A stretch of DNA of 64,000 bases from an uncultured Cohaesibacter sp. (GTDB taxonomy: Bacteria > Pseudomonadota > Alphaproteobacteria > Rhizobiales > Cohaesibacteraceae). Positions 20,469 through 30,301 of this stretch are shown here, one piece after another. The notes beneath the pieces were generated by a model. The model searched no databases, was not told the DNA's origin, and saw only the letters and a list, made by a program, of their open reading frames with translations. A program made the translations under genes and the position numbers. Every line of letters begins with the position of its first letter. Position 1 is the stretch's first letter. The stretch lies in assembly GCA_963676485.1 (NCBI GenBank), contig OY781115.1. One strand, given 5' to 3'.

Positions 20469-21979
20469 AGTTCGTCTTTCATCTGTTTTAGCTGCTTTGA
20501 CAGAAGTCGGGCATTTTCTGAGAGAAGCTTGTAGCGTTTGAAAATCTTGCAATAGGCTGCGTGTGCCTCGGCGTTCGGTTCATAGCGCTGGACTTTCTCT
20601 TCGCGCTTGACCAAAGACATGACGTCGCCCAGTCCTGCTGCAGCCGCTCCGATGCAGGCAGCCCCCCAGAGCCCCTGATCGGAGGCTTCAGAGACAATAA
20701 TAGGCACGCCAATCACATCGCTGATGATCTGGCACCAAACGGGGTTTTTCGACCCTCCGCCAGTCAGTTGAACAGGTTCGCTCGGCAGGCCCCCTTCCAT
20801 CTCAAAACAGTGACGCAGGCTCATTGCGCCTCCCTCCAAAACGGCTCGCCCCATGTCAGCTTTTGTGCTTCTTGAGGTTAAGCCTTGAAAGGAGGCGGTC
20901 ACGTTAGGAGAGACGAAAGGGGCACGCTCACCATTCAAATAGGGCAGGAACGTTACGCCATTTGCGCCTACGGGGACTTTGGTTACAAGTTCGTTGAGTT
21001 TGGCCGCCACTTCGCCGGGCGTATCGCCACCAAGGCTCAGTGGATGCAGCTCCGTAAACCAGTTAAACGCCGACGCTCCGGTTGTGGGCGCCAAAATTCT
21101 GATGATCACATCCGATGTGGCATGCAGCGCGCTGGCACCCACGGGCTGGTCGTGTGTTTCAATATGGTCTGTTAAAATGTTGACAACGGCGGTCGTACCC
21201 ATGATCATCATGGTCTGGCCGGGTTGGTCCATCCCCATCCCGACAATCATCGCAGTAAGATCCAATGTCGGCGTGGAAACCGGCAAACCTTCCGGCAGAC
21301 CTGTTAAGCGGGCGGTCTCGGCGGTCAAGGTACCCAACGGAGTTGTTGCCCGTTGCGGCTCAAGCAAATGCTGCTGGATGTCGGAGCAGTCAAGGGCGTC
21401 TGCAACGTCGGAACTGTAAGTGCGTGTAGAGAAATCAATGAACGGTATGGAAGCGTTCGAGAAATCGGTTCCTGCCTGACCGGTCAAGTTCAAACCGATC
21501 CAGTCGCCGCAGGTGAAAATCGTTGCGATTTTGCTGACGATTTCCGGTTTATTTTGCTTCAACCAGCGCCATAGCGCACCAGAAGTGCCAGGCCATAAGG
21601 ACGTGTGGCAGGCCCGACCAACAGCGGCGGCTTTTCCAGATGTCGCGAGTTGTTCGACATCTGCTGATGCGCGCGTGTCGTTCCAGAGCATGGCAGGACC
21701 CACGGGCTTGCCTGCCTCATCAACGGCCCAAAGCCCATCGCCCTGAGCGCTGATACCCAGCGAGACAGGAACAAAGTCATTGATTTTGCTCGCAATGGAT
21801 TTCAATGCGTCCAAAACCACGGAAAGGACCGCATTCATGTCCTGCTCAGATTTGCCTTCGCGTCCTGTTACATCCGGTGCAGATTTCTCCACCATTGCCA
21901 CTATCTGACCGGTCGAATCATACGCAGCGGCCTTGATCGAGGTTGTCCCAATATCAAGGCCAAGTCTCACAGCTGTCAT
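20465..21979 (-). CDS. FGGY-family carbohydrate kinase (erythritol kinase/L-xylulose kinase-like)
   Basis: GLDIGTTSIKA, SAQGDG, MLWNDTR, FLPYLNGER, LTGGGSKN; GGAGG RBS before MTAVRL at 21979. Confidence 0.88.
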   Translation of the reverse strand: MTAVRLGLDIGTTSIKAAAYDSTGQIVAMVEKSAPDVTGREGKSEQDMNAVLSVVLDALKSIASKINDFVPVSLGISAQGDGLWAVDEAGKPVGPAMLWNDTRASADVEQLATSGKAAAVGRACHTSLWPGTSGALWRWLKQNKPEIVSKIATIFTCGDWIGLNLTGQAGTDFSNASIPFIDFSTRTYSSDVADALDCSDIQQHLLEPQRATTPLGTLTAETARLTGLPEGLPVSTPTLDLTAMIVGMGMDQPGQTMMIMGTTAVVNILTDHIETHDQPVGASALHATSDVIIRILAPTTGASAFNWFTELHPLSLGGDTPGEVAAKLNELVTKVPVGANGVTFLPYLNGERAPFVSPNVTASFQGLTSRSTKADMGRAVLEGGAMSLRHCFEMEGGLPSEPVQLTGGGSKNPVWCQIISDVIGVPIIVSEASDQGLWGAACIGAAAAGLGDVMSLVKREEKVQRYEPNAEAHAAYCKIFKRYKLLSENARLLSKQLKQMKDEL

Positions 21980-22042
21980 ATAAGTACCTCCCGGACAGCA
22001 AATTATCGAGTTCTTAGATAATACAAATGACAAATAATCGAT

Positions 22043-22101
22043 CATATGTAAAGAAATAAGACAAAAAAATATTGACATGTGTAAAAAATTTTTACATGTG
22101 T
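22043..22101. promoter_or_regulatory. Divergent promoter with TGTAAAAA-A-TTTTTACA palindrome and TTGACA; candidate SorC operator
   Basis: 17-bp palindrome 22080-22096; ACATGTGT direct repeat at 22075 and 22094; CATATGTAAA at 22043; TTGACA at 22072. Confidence 0.6.
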
Positions 22102-22192
22102 ATAGAGCAATGTAGTTCACTTTTAAGGCAGGGTCTAGCATCTGGGAGGTTGGAGGATGCTGCCTGAATTAGAATCCGAAGGGGAGGATAGA

Positions 22193-23161
22193 ATGAAACT
22201 CAAGCTAATCACTTTGGTATCTGCGGCAGCGATGCTGTTTGCAGGTTCCGCAAATGCTGAAGATTTGAGTCTTGCAGGAAAGCGCATCGGCATTGCCGTT
22301 GTCGGCACACAGCATTTCTGGGATCGTGAAGCGTTCAATGGTGCCGTTTCCACCGTCGAGAAACTCGGTGGTGAAGCTGTCCCGGTCGATGGTGGCCGCG
22401 ACAACCAGGTGCATGCCGACAATCACGACATTTTGCTTACCAACAAAGTGGATGCTGTCATCTCCATTCTGGGTGATGCGGCTGTAGAACCCAAATTCAA
22501 GGCACTTACAGAAGCTGGTATTCCGGTCTTTACCGTTGATCACCCATCGCAATATTCCGTGAACAACACCACATCCGACAACTACTATATGGGAACAACC
22601 ATTGGACGCTTCATGGCCGATGCCATTGGTGGCAAGGGCAAGGTTGCTGTTTTCAATGCGTTCGAGAAATCTCTGCGCATTTGCGGCATCCGCGTAGGGC
22701 TGTGGAAGTATGTTCTTCAGGATTATCCGGAAATCGAAATCATTCAGCCAGAGCTTGCTGAAGCCTATGCAAATGCGCCTGAAGATGCGCGTAAGAAAAC
22801 CCTTGATTTGCTGAGCCAATATCCAGAAGGCACACTTGATGTCATCCATGTTGGCTGCTGGGACCAACCCGCCATTGGTGTGGTTCAGGCACTTGAAGAA
22901 ACCGGCCGGACCGATGTTCTGGTAACAGCGTTGGATGGTGGCCCGGATACTCTGGAAATCATGGCGGAAGACGGCAGCCCATTCGTTGCCAACGTTGCGC
23001 AGCAGCCAAACAAGATTGGTGCAACCGCTGCGAAAAATGTTGCTCGTTACTTTGCTGGCGAAACCCTGCTTCCTCAGACATATGTCGACGTTGTTCCTAT
23101 CAACGGACAGGACGGGGCCAAGAAAGCTTACGAAGAACTGGGCTACGGCACACTCGACTAA
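22193..23161 (+). CDS. CUT2 sugar ABC substrate-binding protein (RbsB-like fold)
   Basis: Signal peptide MKLKLITLVSAAAMLFAGSANA; two-lobed PBP1-type sequence. Alternative start 22157. Confidence 0.88.
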   Translation: MKLKLITLVSAAAMLFAGSANAEDLSLAGKRIGIAVVGTQHFWDREAFNGAVSTVEKLGGEAVPVDGGRDNQVHADNHDILLTNKVDAVISILGDAAVEPKFKALTEAGIPVFTVDHPSQYSVNNTTSDNYYMGTTIGRFMADAIGGKGKVAVFNAFEKSLRICGIRVGLWKYVLQDYPEIEIIQPELAEAYANAPEDARKKTLDLLSQYPEGTLDVIHVGCWDQPAIGVVQALEETGRTDVLVTALDGGPDTLEIMAEDGSPFVANVAQQPNKIGATAAKNVARYFAGETLLPQTYVDVVPINGQDGAKKAYEELGYGTLD

Positions 23162-23247
23162 GCGTCATTCCTTCTTGATATAAAATATCGGCGGCTGGTT
23201 GCTATCGGCTGCCGATGACCAGAATATCCATATGGGAGGATTAGGTC

Positions 23248-24774
23248 GTGTCTGATTTCGCTCTTGAGATGCGAAACATCACCAAAGAATTTCCCGGTGT
23301 TCGCGCGCTTGATCAAGCGAGCTTGTCCATCAAGCCCGGTGAAATTCACGGTCTCGTCGGAGAAAATGGCGCCGGCAAATCTACAATCATCAAGGTGCTT
23401 GCCGGTGTCTATAAGCCCGAAGCGGGACACGTGGATGTTTTTGGCAAAGCCCTGCCACAGGGGTTTGACCCAACAGCTGTCCATGATGCGGGGGTGCGGT
23501 TCATCCATCAGGAACTGCATTTGGTGCCATATTTTACAGTTGCCGAATCCGTGTTCATGGCGCAGGAGAAATCCGATTGGAAAGGGCTTAAGTCCTCAGA
23601 TATGCGCAAGAAGACCGAAGAGTTTCTTCGCGAGAAACTTGCGGTTTCAATATCCGGCAAGCGTCTGGTTCGGGATCTGAGCACTGCTGAGCGCAAGCTC
23701 GTCCAGATTGCCCGCGCACTCATTGATGATGAGGCCAAGATCGTGGTCTTTGATGAACCGACGGCACCACTCGCAAGTGGCGAAGTCGAGACATTGATGA
23801 ATGCGATCGCCCAGCTGAAAGAATCGGGTATATCGATTCTTTATGTCTCCCATTATCTCGATGAGATTACCGATATTTGCGATCGTGTGACTGTCTTTCG
23901 CCAAGGCAAGAATGTTGCTGTCTTTGACGAAATTTCCAAGTCGAGCGGTCAAGAGCTGGTCTCTGCCATGGTTGGCCGTGATTTGGGCTCGCTTTATCCG
24001 GAAAGCAACAGAATTCCGGGAAGTCCCGTGCTGGAATTGAAAGAATTCGGCGATGGTGACAACTTCCGAAACGTCAATCTGTGTGCACACCGGGGGCAGA
24101 TTCTGGGAATTGCAGGTCTGATCGGCTCTGGCCGTCAAGAACTGATCGATTGCATTTATGGCCTGAGAAGCGCCAATGAAGGCAAGATGTTCCTCAATGG
24201 CTCCCAGATTTCAATTCGCAACGCAGCGCAAGCTGTGAAAAATGGTGTTGTCTTGGTTCCAAGGGACAGAAGGCAGGACGGTCTGGTTTTGCCTATGACA
24301 GTCACCGAAAATGTGACATTGGCAACCTTGGACCAGGTTTCCTCTTTTGGTCTTGAAAACCGGACTTCGTCCAAGGCCTCTGCCCATAAGCAGATCAAGG
24401 ATCTGGACATCCGGACACCATCCGCTGAGACCGTGACGCGTTTGCTCAGCGGCGGCAACCAGCAGAAGGTCGTTCTGGGCCGTTGGTTGGCCAAGGACGC
24501 AAAAGTATTCATTCTCGATGAACCAACTGTCGGTGTCGATGTTGGGGCACGCGTCGAGATTTACCAATTGATCGAGCAATTGGCAGCCAATGGAACAACA
24601 GTCATTGTGTCGTCTTCCGATCCGGCAGAACTGATCGGTATCTGTGATCGGATCGCTGTCTTGATGCGTGGTGAAATAACCCACGAGGTTGAAACCGATA
24701 ATTTGACGGTTGATCGGCTGGTTGCAATTACGACAGGTGCAGAAAAGAGGGAGGATCTCGCAAATGCAAGCTAA
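23248..24774 (+). CDS. CUT2 sugar ABC ATPase (RbsA-like)
   Basis: GENGAGKS, DEPTA, LSGGNQQKV. Confidence 0.93.
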   Translation: MSDFALEMRNITKEFPGVRALDQASLSIKPGEIHGLVGENGAGKSTIIKVLAGVYKPEAGHVDVFGKALPQGFDPTAVHDAGVRFIHQELHLVPYFTVAESVFMAQEKSDWKGLKSSDMRKKTEEFLREKLAVSISGKRLVRDLSTAERKLVQIARALIDDEAKIVVFDEPTAPLASGEVETLMNAIAQLKESGISILYVSHYLDEITDICDRVTVFRQGKNVAVFDEISKSSGQELVSAMVGRDLGSLYPESNRIPGSPVLELKEFGDGDNFRNVNLCAHRGQILGIAGLIGSGRQELIDCIYGLRSANEGKMFLNGSQISIRNAAQAVKNGVVLVPRDRRQDGLVLPMTVTENVTLATLDQVSSFGLENRTSSKASAHKQIKDLDIRTPSAETVTRLLSGGNQQKVVLGRWLAKDAKVFILDEPTVGVDVGARVEIYQLIEQLAANGTTVIVSSSDPAELIGICDRIAVLMRGEITHEVETDNLTVDRLVAITTGAEKREDLANAS

Positions 24775-25741
24775 TGCGATCAGAGGAAATATCCTCGGCG
24801 AGGTCATCGGTGCAGCGCCCGTAATGATCTTTGCGGTGCTTCTGATTTACATCGGAATGAATGCGCCAAACTTCTTGACGCTGATCAACCTCAAGCTGAT
24901 TCTGATGCAGAGTCTGCCAATCGTGCTGGTTTGTGTCGGCCTTTCGGCCGTTGTCATGGCGGGCGGCGATGATGCGGTCTCTGGCGGTATTGATCTTTCC
25001 ATTCCTGCAACATGTGTTTTGTGTGCAGGGATCATAGCGAGCACGATTACGACTGGTACACCGCTTATTCTGGCGGCACTCTATGCATTGGTCGCAGCCC
25101 TGATCGTTGGATCAATCAATGCGTTTCTTGTCACCCGCGTTGGCATGACCCCTCTGTTGACATCGCTGTCCATGTTTGTGGCCGTTGTCGGGGTTAACAA
25201 GGTTGTCACCCAAAGTCGCCGCATTAACGTCAACAACGAAACCATCCTCTCCTTGCGCGATGGATCTCTCCTTGGCGTGCCACTGGGCATTTGGGTTGTC
25301 GGTCTGGTTGTTCTGGTTGGCTATCAGTTGATGCACCGAACCAAGTGGGGGCTCAACATGCAGGCGGTTGGTGGAAGTCGGGATGCGGCAGAAATTTCTG
25401 GCCTCAACACCAATCGCCTGTTTGCCCAGTCCTTCGTTATTGCAGCGGTCCTTGGGTTCATAACCAGCTTCTTTGTGATCGCCAGAGGCTCGGGCATTTC
25501 ACCCGGCGTGCAAGACAATCTGATGCTGGAAATGGTGCTTGCCACATTCCTGGGCGCCGCTTTCTCTCCGCGCAGGGTCGTGACGATGTGGGGCGCTGTT
25601 CTGGGGGCTGTTCTCGTCGCAGCCATTTCGATCGGCTTCAAGTCGATGGGCGTGAATGTCTTCTGGACCGGCCTCATCAAAGGGTCAATGATCGTTGTTG
25701 TCGTTGCAATGGGAGCCATTTCCCAGAGGGTACAACGATGA
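24764..25741 (+). CDS. CUT2 sugar ABC permease
   Basis: GGIDLS, AVGGSRDAAEISG; start MQANA at 24764. Confidence 0.9.
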   Translation: MQANAIRGNILGEVIGAAPVMIFAVLLIYIGMNAPNFLTLINLKLILMQSLPIVLVCVGLSAVVMAGGDDAVSGGIDLSIPATCVLCAGIIASTITTGTPLILAALYALVAALIVGSINAFLVTRVGMTPLLTSLSMFVAVVGVNKVVTQSRRINVNNETILSLRDGSLLGVPLGIWVVGLVVLVGYQLMHRTKWGLNMQAVGGSRDAAEISGLNTNRLFAQSFVIAAVLGFITSFFVIARGSGISPGVQDNLMLEMVLATFLGAAFSPRRVVTMWGAVLGAVLVAAISIGFKSMGVNVFWTGLIKGSMIVVVVAMGAISQRVQR

Positions 25742-26727
25742 GTATTTCTTCCATTCCAGGCAAGGGGAATAAAGTGAACTTTCCGAGTCTAAAAAGCACC
25801 TTTGTAAGATATGGCTTTGTTGTCGTCTTCGTGTGTTTCTTCCTGTTCTTTGCCGCATGGAACCCGGTGTTTGTGCAGGCACAGAACCTGACCAATATCT
25901 TTGAAGCATCATCGATCTTGTTGATCCTGGCGCTGGGGATGACTTTGGTTGTTGCAACCGGCGGCATTGATCTTTCGGTCGGGATTGCCCTCGACTTCGG
26001 AGCAGCATTCTCGGTGGTCGCCATGAAATCCTACGGGATGGACTGGTGGAGTGCTTCGATGATCGGCATTGCTGGCGGAAGCCTCGTGGGCATGTTGAAC
26101 GCCGCGCTTGTTGTTGGATTGAAGATCAGTCCATTTTTGGCAACTCTGAGCACATTCTTTATCGGCTCGTCCGTTCAGCGCATTTTCACCAATGGTGGCG
26201 GCCCCATCTCTTACCGAAGGATGCCGATTGAATATCGCAATCTGGCGCAAGGCGAGATCTATGGGATTCCGACGGAAATTGTCATTGCAGCCGTGGTGGC
26301 GATTATCTACTTCATCATTCTTGAACGGTCCATTTGGGGTCGACAGATCCATGCGATGGGCATGCAGAGATCAGCTTCCATCGTTGCCGGTCTACGCGTG
26401 AACAAGCTTCTGATCATTTGCTTTATCGCTGCGTCAGCCACATGCGCCATTGCGGGTTTGCTCGCTGCGTCCAATCTTAGAATGTTCACGCCACTGGCAG
26501 GCTTTGCCTATCTTCTCGATGCGATTGCTGCAGTCTTTATCGGAGCTGCCCTTCATCCACGCGGCAGGCCCAATATACCGGGCACTGTGGCTGGGGTGCT
26601 TTTCCTGGGAATGGTTGCCAATGGCCTGAATTTGATGGGGTTGAACTTCAACACCAAGGACGCCCTCTCTGGGATCATCCTTGTCTCGGCTCTTGCACTG
26701 GCCGTTGCACAAAGAAAGATGCGCTGA
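25738..26727 (+). CDS. CUT2 sugar ABC permease (second)
   Basis: GGIDLSVG, LLDAIAAVFIGA; ATGA overlap with the previous gene. Confidence 0.9.
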   Translation: MSISSIPGKGNKVNFPSLKSTFVRYGFVVVFVCFFLFFAAWNPVFVQAQNLTNIFEASSILLILALGMTLVVATGGIDLSVGIALDFGAAFSVVAMKSYGMDWWSASMIGIAGGSLVGMLNAALVVGLKISPFLATLSTFFIGSSVQRIFTNGGGPISYRRMPIEYRNLAQGEIYGIPTEIVIAAVVAIIYFIILERSIWGRQIHAMGMQRSASIVAGLRVNKLLIICFIAASATCAIAGLLAASNLRMFTPLAGFAYLLDAIAAVFIGAALHPRGRPNIPGTVAGVLFLGMVANGLNLMGLNFNTKDALSGIILVSALALAVAQRKMR

Positions 26728-26793
26728 CTATCAAGAGATGGGGCGGCCTCTTGCACCGCCTCGTTTGACCTACACCGCTTTTCTCCCAAAACT

Positions 26794-26825
26794 AAACCCC
26801 CGGACATTGTCCGAGGGTTTTTTTT
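26794..26825. terminator. Bidirectional intrinsic terminator
   Basis: AAACCC-C-CGGACA-T-TGTCCG-A-GGGTTT followed by a T-run, between convergent genes. Confidence 0.75.
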
Positions 26826-26861
26826 AAGGTTGATACCATTATCGCAATGGAGGATGCCGGT

Positions 26862-29126
26862 TCAGGCCGAGAGGATTGGCGGTTTGTCTATCGTTAAGGC
26901 AGGCAGCGCGCCCTGCCACTTCTCAACGCGCACCAATGCGGTATGAGCGATGTTCCCTTGGGAGAGACTGGAGCATCCCTTGTCCTTGGTCAGAACATTC
27001 GGATTGCCGTGCACCTCTATCGCACTGCCATTCACGATTTGAGGGTCGAACCAGGCCCCCGTGGCAAGCGACACACAATCGCGCCGGATATCATCGCAAT
27101 ATCTCAATCCCGCAAGGCAGGAGCCACGTTCATTGAATATCCGCACAATTGATCCGTTCTCCAAGCCTCTGGCTCTTGCTGTCTCGGAATGGATATAAGC
27201 TGGCTCTCTCCCCTCGATCTTGTCGGCAAGCGCTTCAGACCCTCTGTCATTTTGTGAGTGAAGGCGCGTGTCCGGCTGCCCTGATATCAAGTGAAGTTCG
27301 TCTTCTTCTGCACTCAACAGGCTCTCACATGGCTCCAGCCAAGACGGATGGGGTGGGCAATCTGGAAGCGCCATGGCTTCAATTGCTTCATTGAAAAGCG
27401 TGATTTTGCCGCTCTCTGTTTTGAGGGGGTGGGTTTCAGGGGCAGCGACAAACGCTTCAAGAGCGATACGCTGGGCCTTAGAGTTTGGCACATCAAACCG
27501 CCCCTTTTCGCGGAATACCTCAAAGGAGGGAAGCTCAAACCCTTCTGTTATCGCCACGCGCTGGCAATCTGTCCAGATTGTTTGTAGCCATCCGTCTTGA
27601 TCGCGCCCTTCTGTAAACTCTTCTGCGAATCCCAATTCCTTTGCCAGCAAGCTGAAAATCTCAAAGTCGCTCTTTGACTGCCCGAAAGGCTCAAAAAGCT
27701 GCGACATGAACAGTAATGTGCTGTCACGCCGGTTGATCATGATATCCTCGCGTTCCAAAGGGGTGGAGGCCGGAAAAACAATGTCGGCTCTTCTTGCCGT
27801 TGCGGTCCAGCTATGATCGTTGACAATAATCGTTTCCGGCTTGGCCCAGCCGGTTTCAAGCCTGTTCAGGTCCTGGTGATGATGGAACGGATTGCCGCCA
27901 GCCCACCAGACGAGCTTGATGTCGGGATAGGTTCTGTCCTGCCCGTTATATTTGTATGATCCTCCCGGATTGAGCAGCATATCCGCAATACGGGCCACCG
28001 GAATGTAATCAGAGACGGGATTGCGGCCTTGTGAAACGGATGGCCATGATATCAAGCGGGTAGGGCGGCCCACAGGCGTGGTTGATCCATAGCCAAAAGC
28101 AAAACCTGTTCCGGTTTTACCGATCTGGCCTAATGCACAGGCCAATGCGAGCCCCGCCCAAAGAGGTTGCTCGCCGTGATCACCGCGTTGAATCCCCCAT
28201 GACATGGCGATCATGCTCTTCTTGGACGCAAGTTGCGTGGCCAGCATTCTGATTTGTGTGGCGGGTAAATCACAAATGGACGCAGCCCATTCCGGTGTCT
28301 TGGCTTGCCCGTCTTTGCCATGCCCCAGAATATAGCTTTTGAACGCGTCCCAGCCGCTGGTGCAGCGCGCAAGGAAGTCTTCATCTGCCTTCCCTGTCTC
28401 AACAAGTACAAAGATCAAGGCGAGCAGCAAGGCTGTGTCCGTACCCGGTCGGATCGAAAGCCATTCAGATCCTGCAAGATCGCTTTTCTTTGGCGAGACA
28501 TTCACCAATTGGACATGCCGGTCTTGCAATGTCTTGAGCCAACCGGGAATTTCATGTTTGGACGTGCCTGCCGAGGCAATCTGGGCCGTTCGGCCTGAAA
28601 TGCCGCCAAAAACGAGCAACAGCTCGCAATGTTCTGCGACCAATGGCAACGAGGTCATTTCATCCTGAAAGGCACGGTTGCTCAGGCCCAGTATGTGCGG
28701 AAACAGAACTTCAGCGGCTGCGTGGGAATAGGTTTCCCGGGCGCCCACAAACCCTCCAGCCATATTCAGGAACCGCCGCAATTGGCTCTGGGCATGGTGA
28801 AAACGCCCGGCACTGGACCATCCGTAGGACCCGCCGAAAATCGCGCCATTGCCATAGTCTTCCTTGATACGCCGCACTTCTCGCGCTGCGAGTGAGACGG
28901 CTTGGTCCCAGCTGACTTCGATATATTTGTCGTTGCAGCGATTTTTGCCGCCGTCACCCTCCAGCCAACCCGCGCGTATGGCGGGTTGGCGGATGCGGCT
29001 ATTCTGATCGCGTGCAGCACTCTGCCAACCTTTCCCGATACGGGAAGGGGATGGGTCATCTGCAATAGGCCGCAAGCTCTTGTCGTCAATTTCGTAGGCG
29101 CCCCAATGGGCTGCGGTATATTTCAT
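26862..29126 (-). CDS. bisC: Cytoplasmic Mo-bisPGD S/N-oxide reductase (BisC/TorZ/DMSO reductase clade)
   Basis: AAHWG start, GSYGW (DMSOR Tyr/Trp), TYS Mo-ligand Ser, GNPFHH, RLHSQ, HGNPNVLT; no Tat signal and no Fe-S motif. Confidence 0.85.
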   Translation of the reverse strand: MKYTAAHWGAYEIDDKSLRPIADDPSPSRIGKGWQSAARDQNSRIRQPAIRAGWLEGDGGKNRCNDKYIEVSWDQAVSLAAREVRRIKEDYGNGAIFGGSYGWSSAGRFHHAQSQLRRFLNMAGGFVGARETYSHAAAEVLFPHILGLSNRAFQDEMTSLPLVAEHCELLLVFGGISGRTAQIASAGTSKHEIPGWLKTLQDRHVQLVNVSPKKSDLAGSEWLSIRPGTDTALLLALIFVLVETGKADEDFLARCTSGWDAFKSYILGHGKDGQAKTPEWAASICDLPATQIRMLATQLASKKSMIAMSWGIQRGDHGEQPLWAGLALACALGQIGKTGTGFAFGYGSTTPVGRPTRLISWPSVSQGRNPVSDYIPVARIADMLLNPGGSYKYNGQDRTYPDIKLVWWAGGNPFHHHQDLNRLETGWAKPETIIVNDHSWTATARRADIVFPASTPLEREDIMINRRDSTLLFMSQLFEPFGQSKSDFEIFSLLAKELGFAEEFTEGRDQDGWLQTIWTDCQRVAITEGFELPSFEVFREKGRFDVPNSKAQRIALEAFVAAPETHPLKTESGKITLFNEAIEAMALPDCPPHPSWLEPCESLLSAEEDELHLISGQPDTRLHSQNDRGSEALADKIEGREPAYIHSETARARGLENGSIVRIFNERGSCLAGLRYCDDIRRDCVSLATGAWFDPQIVNGSAIEVHGNPNVLTKDKGCSSLSQGNIAHTALVRVEKWQGALPALTIDKPPILSA

Positions 29127-29129
29127 AGA

Positions 29130-30203
29130 TCACAAATGCGGATCAAGGATCACCTTGATTTGCACTTCCCCTGGGTTTGGTTTACGCGAAAGGGCGGTTT
29201 CAAATTCCTCGAGCGGATAGCGATGGGTGATGCAGGCGTCACCATCAATCAGGCCACGCGCCATCAGATCCAGAGCCGTGGCATAGGTGAAGGGGGCGAG
29301 ATGACCGCCAAGAATATTCAGCTCCTTGAACTCGCCGAATATGTTGAGATCAACATTTACCTTGTCCTTATAGACCCCAAAGACAACAAGCGTGCCGCGC
29401 TTGCGGATCAGTTCCAGCCCTCTGGTGAAGGCGGATGTCTGCCCTGATGCTTCCAGATAAACATCGGCCCCGCGTCCCCCTGTCAGATCCCCAATCGCCT
29501 GATCCAGCTTCGGATCATCGGGATGGAAAGCAAGATCGGCTCCGAGTGTTTTCGCCAGTTCGCGTTTGGCTTCCCCGGGATTGACCAGAATGAGCTTTCG
29601 AGGGGTTTTCAGGCGGGCTGCTTGCAGCATTCCCATGCCGATCGGCCCTGCACCGGATACGACCACCACATCCTGAAACTGGATGTTGGCCCGCTCCACG
29701 CCGTGGATTGCATTGGCCAGTGGCTCGGTAAAGCAAGCTGCGTCATTGGACAGACCATCGGGCACCTTGTGGACCACGCAATCGGCTGGATAGATCATGT
29801 AATCCGCCCAGGCGCCATTGAGCGTCGCGCCAAGCACATCCATCTTGTCGCTCAGATGATAGAGCCCGCGTTGACGGAAATAATCATTCCCATAGGTGAT
29901 GTTGAGCTCTGCGACGGCACGATCGCCGACTTTGACGGCGTGGCGCTCTCCGGCCCCCTCTCCAAGTTCGACCACTGTACCGGTGAATTCGTGGCCCGGT
30001 ATGAACGGGAATGGGAACTCCCAAGGGGCTGTGGCGTCATACATGGCGCGATCCGCAGCACATATGCCTGACGCATCGACTTTCACCAAAATCTCGCCCG
30101 GGCCGGGTTCGGGTACCGGTTGCTTTGTAGTCAGGCGATGCTGTCCACCAAATCCGTGACACTGCACAGCACGCATCATCTTCCCTGTCATTTGTTCCTC
30201 CAA
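29130..30203 (-). CDS. Zn-dependent polyol dehydrogenase, EltD (erythritol/L-threitol dehydrogenase)-like
   Basis: GICAAD, PGHEF, EPLA, GAGPIG, GADVYLE and KELNILGGHLAP resemble the EltD family. Confidence 0.82.
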   Translation of the reverse strand: MEEQMTGKMMRAVQCHGFGGQHRLTTKQPVPEPGPGEILVKVDASGICAADRAMYDATAPWEFPFPFIPGHEFTGTVVELGEGAGERHAVKVGDRAVAELNITYGNDYFRQRGLYHLSDKMDVLGATLNGAWADYMIYPADCVVHKVPDGLSNDAACFTEPLANAIHGVERANIQFQDVVVVSGAGPIGMGMLQAARLKTPRKLILVNPGEAKRELAKTLGADLAFHPDDPKLDQAIGDLTGGRGADVYLEASGQTSAFTRGLELIRKRGTLVVFGVYKDKVNVDLNIFGEFKELNILGGHLAPFTYATALDLMARGLIDGDACITHRYPLEEFETALSRKPNPGEVQIKVILDPHL

Positions 30204-30250
30204 AGGCTATTTCTGATCGATTTTTCGCTCGCACAAAAAATCCTTCTTGA

Positions 30251-30288
30251 TTTTTACATATGAATATAATATTGACAATTGTAAAATG
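30251..30288. promoter_or_regulatory. Second divergent promoter with TTTTTACATATG...TGTAAAA; same motif as 22043-22101
   Basis: TTTACATATG at 30253 is the exact reverse complement of CATATGTAAA at 22043; TTGACA at 30272. Confidence 0.55.
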
Positions 30289-30301
30289 AGAGGAGATTGC
30301 T

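Noticed and set aside
25291-25737. N-terminal extension of the second permease (478-aa ORF)
   Set aside because: Overlaps the first permease in another frame; the real start is the ATGA overlap at 25738. Extensions of the kinase (22141), AraD (19513), dehydrogenase (20552) and ATPases (11998, 42800) were trimmed for similar reasons.
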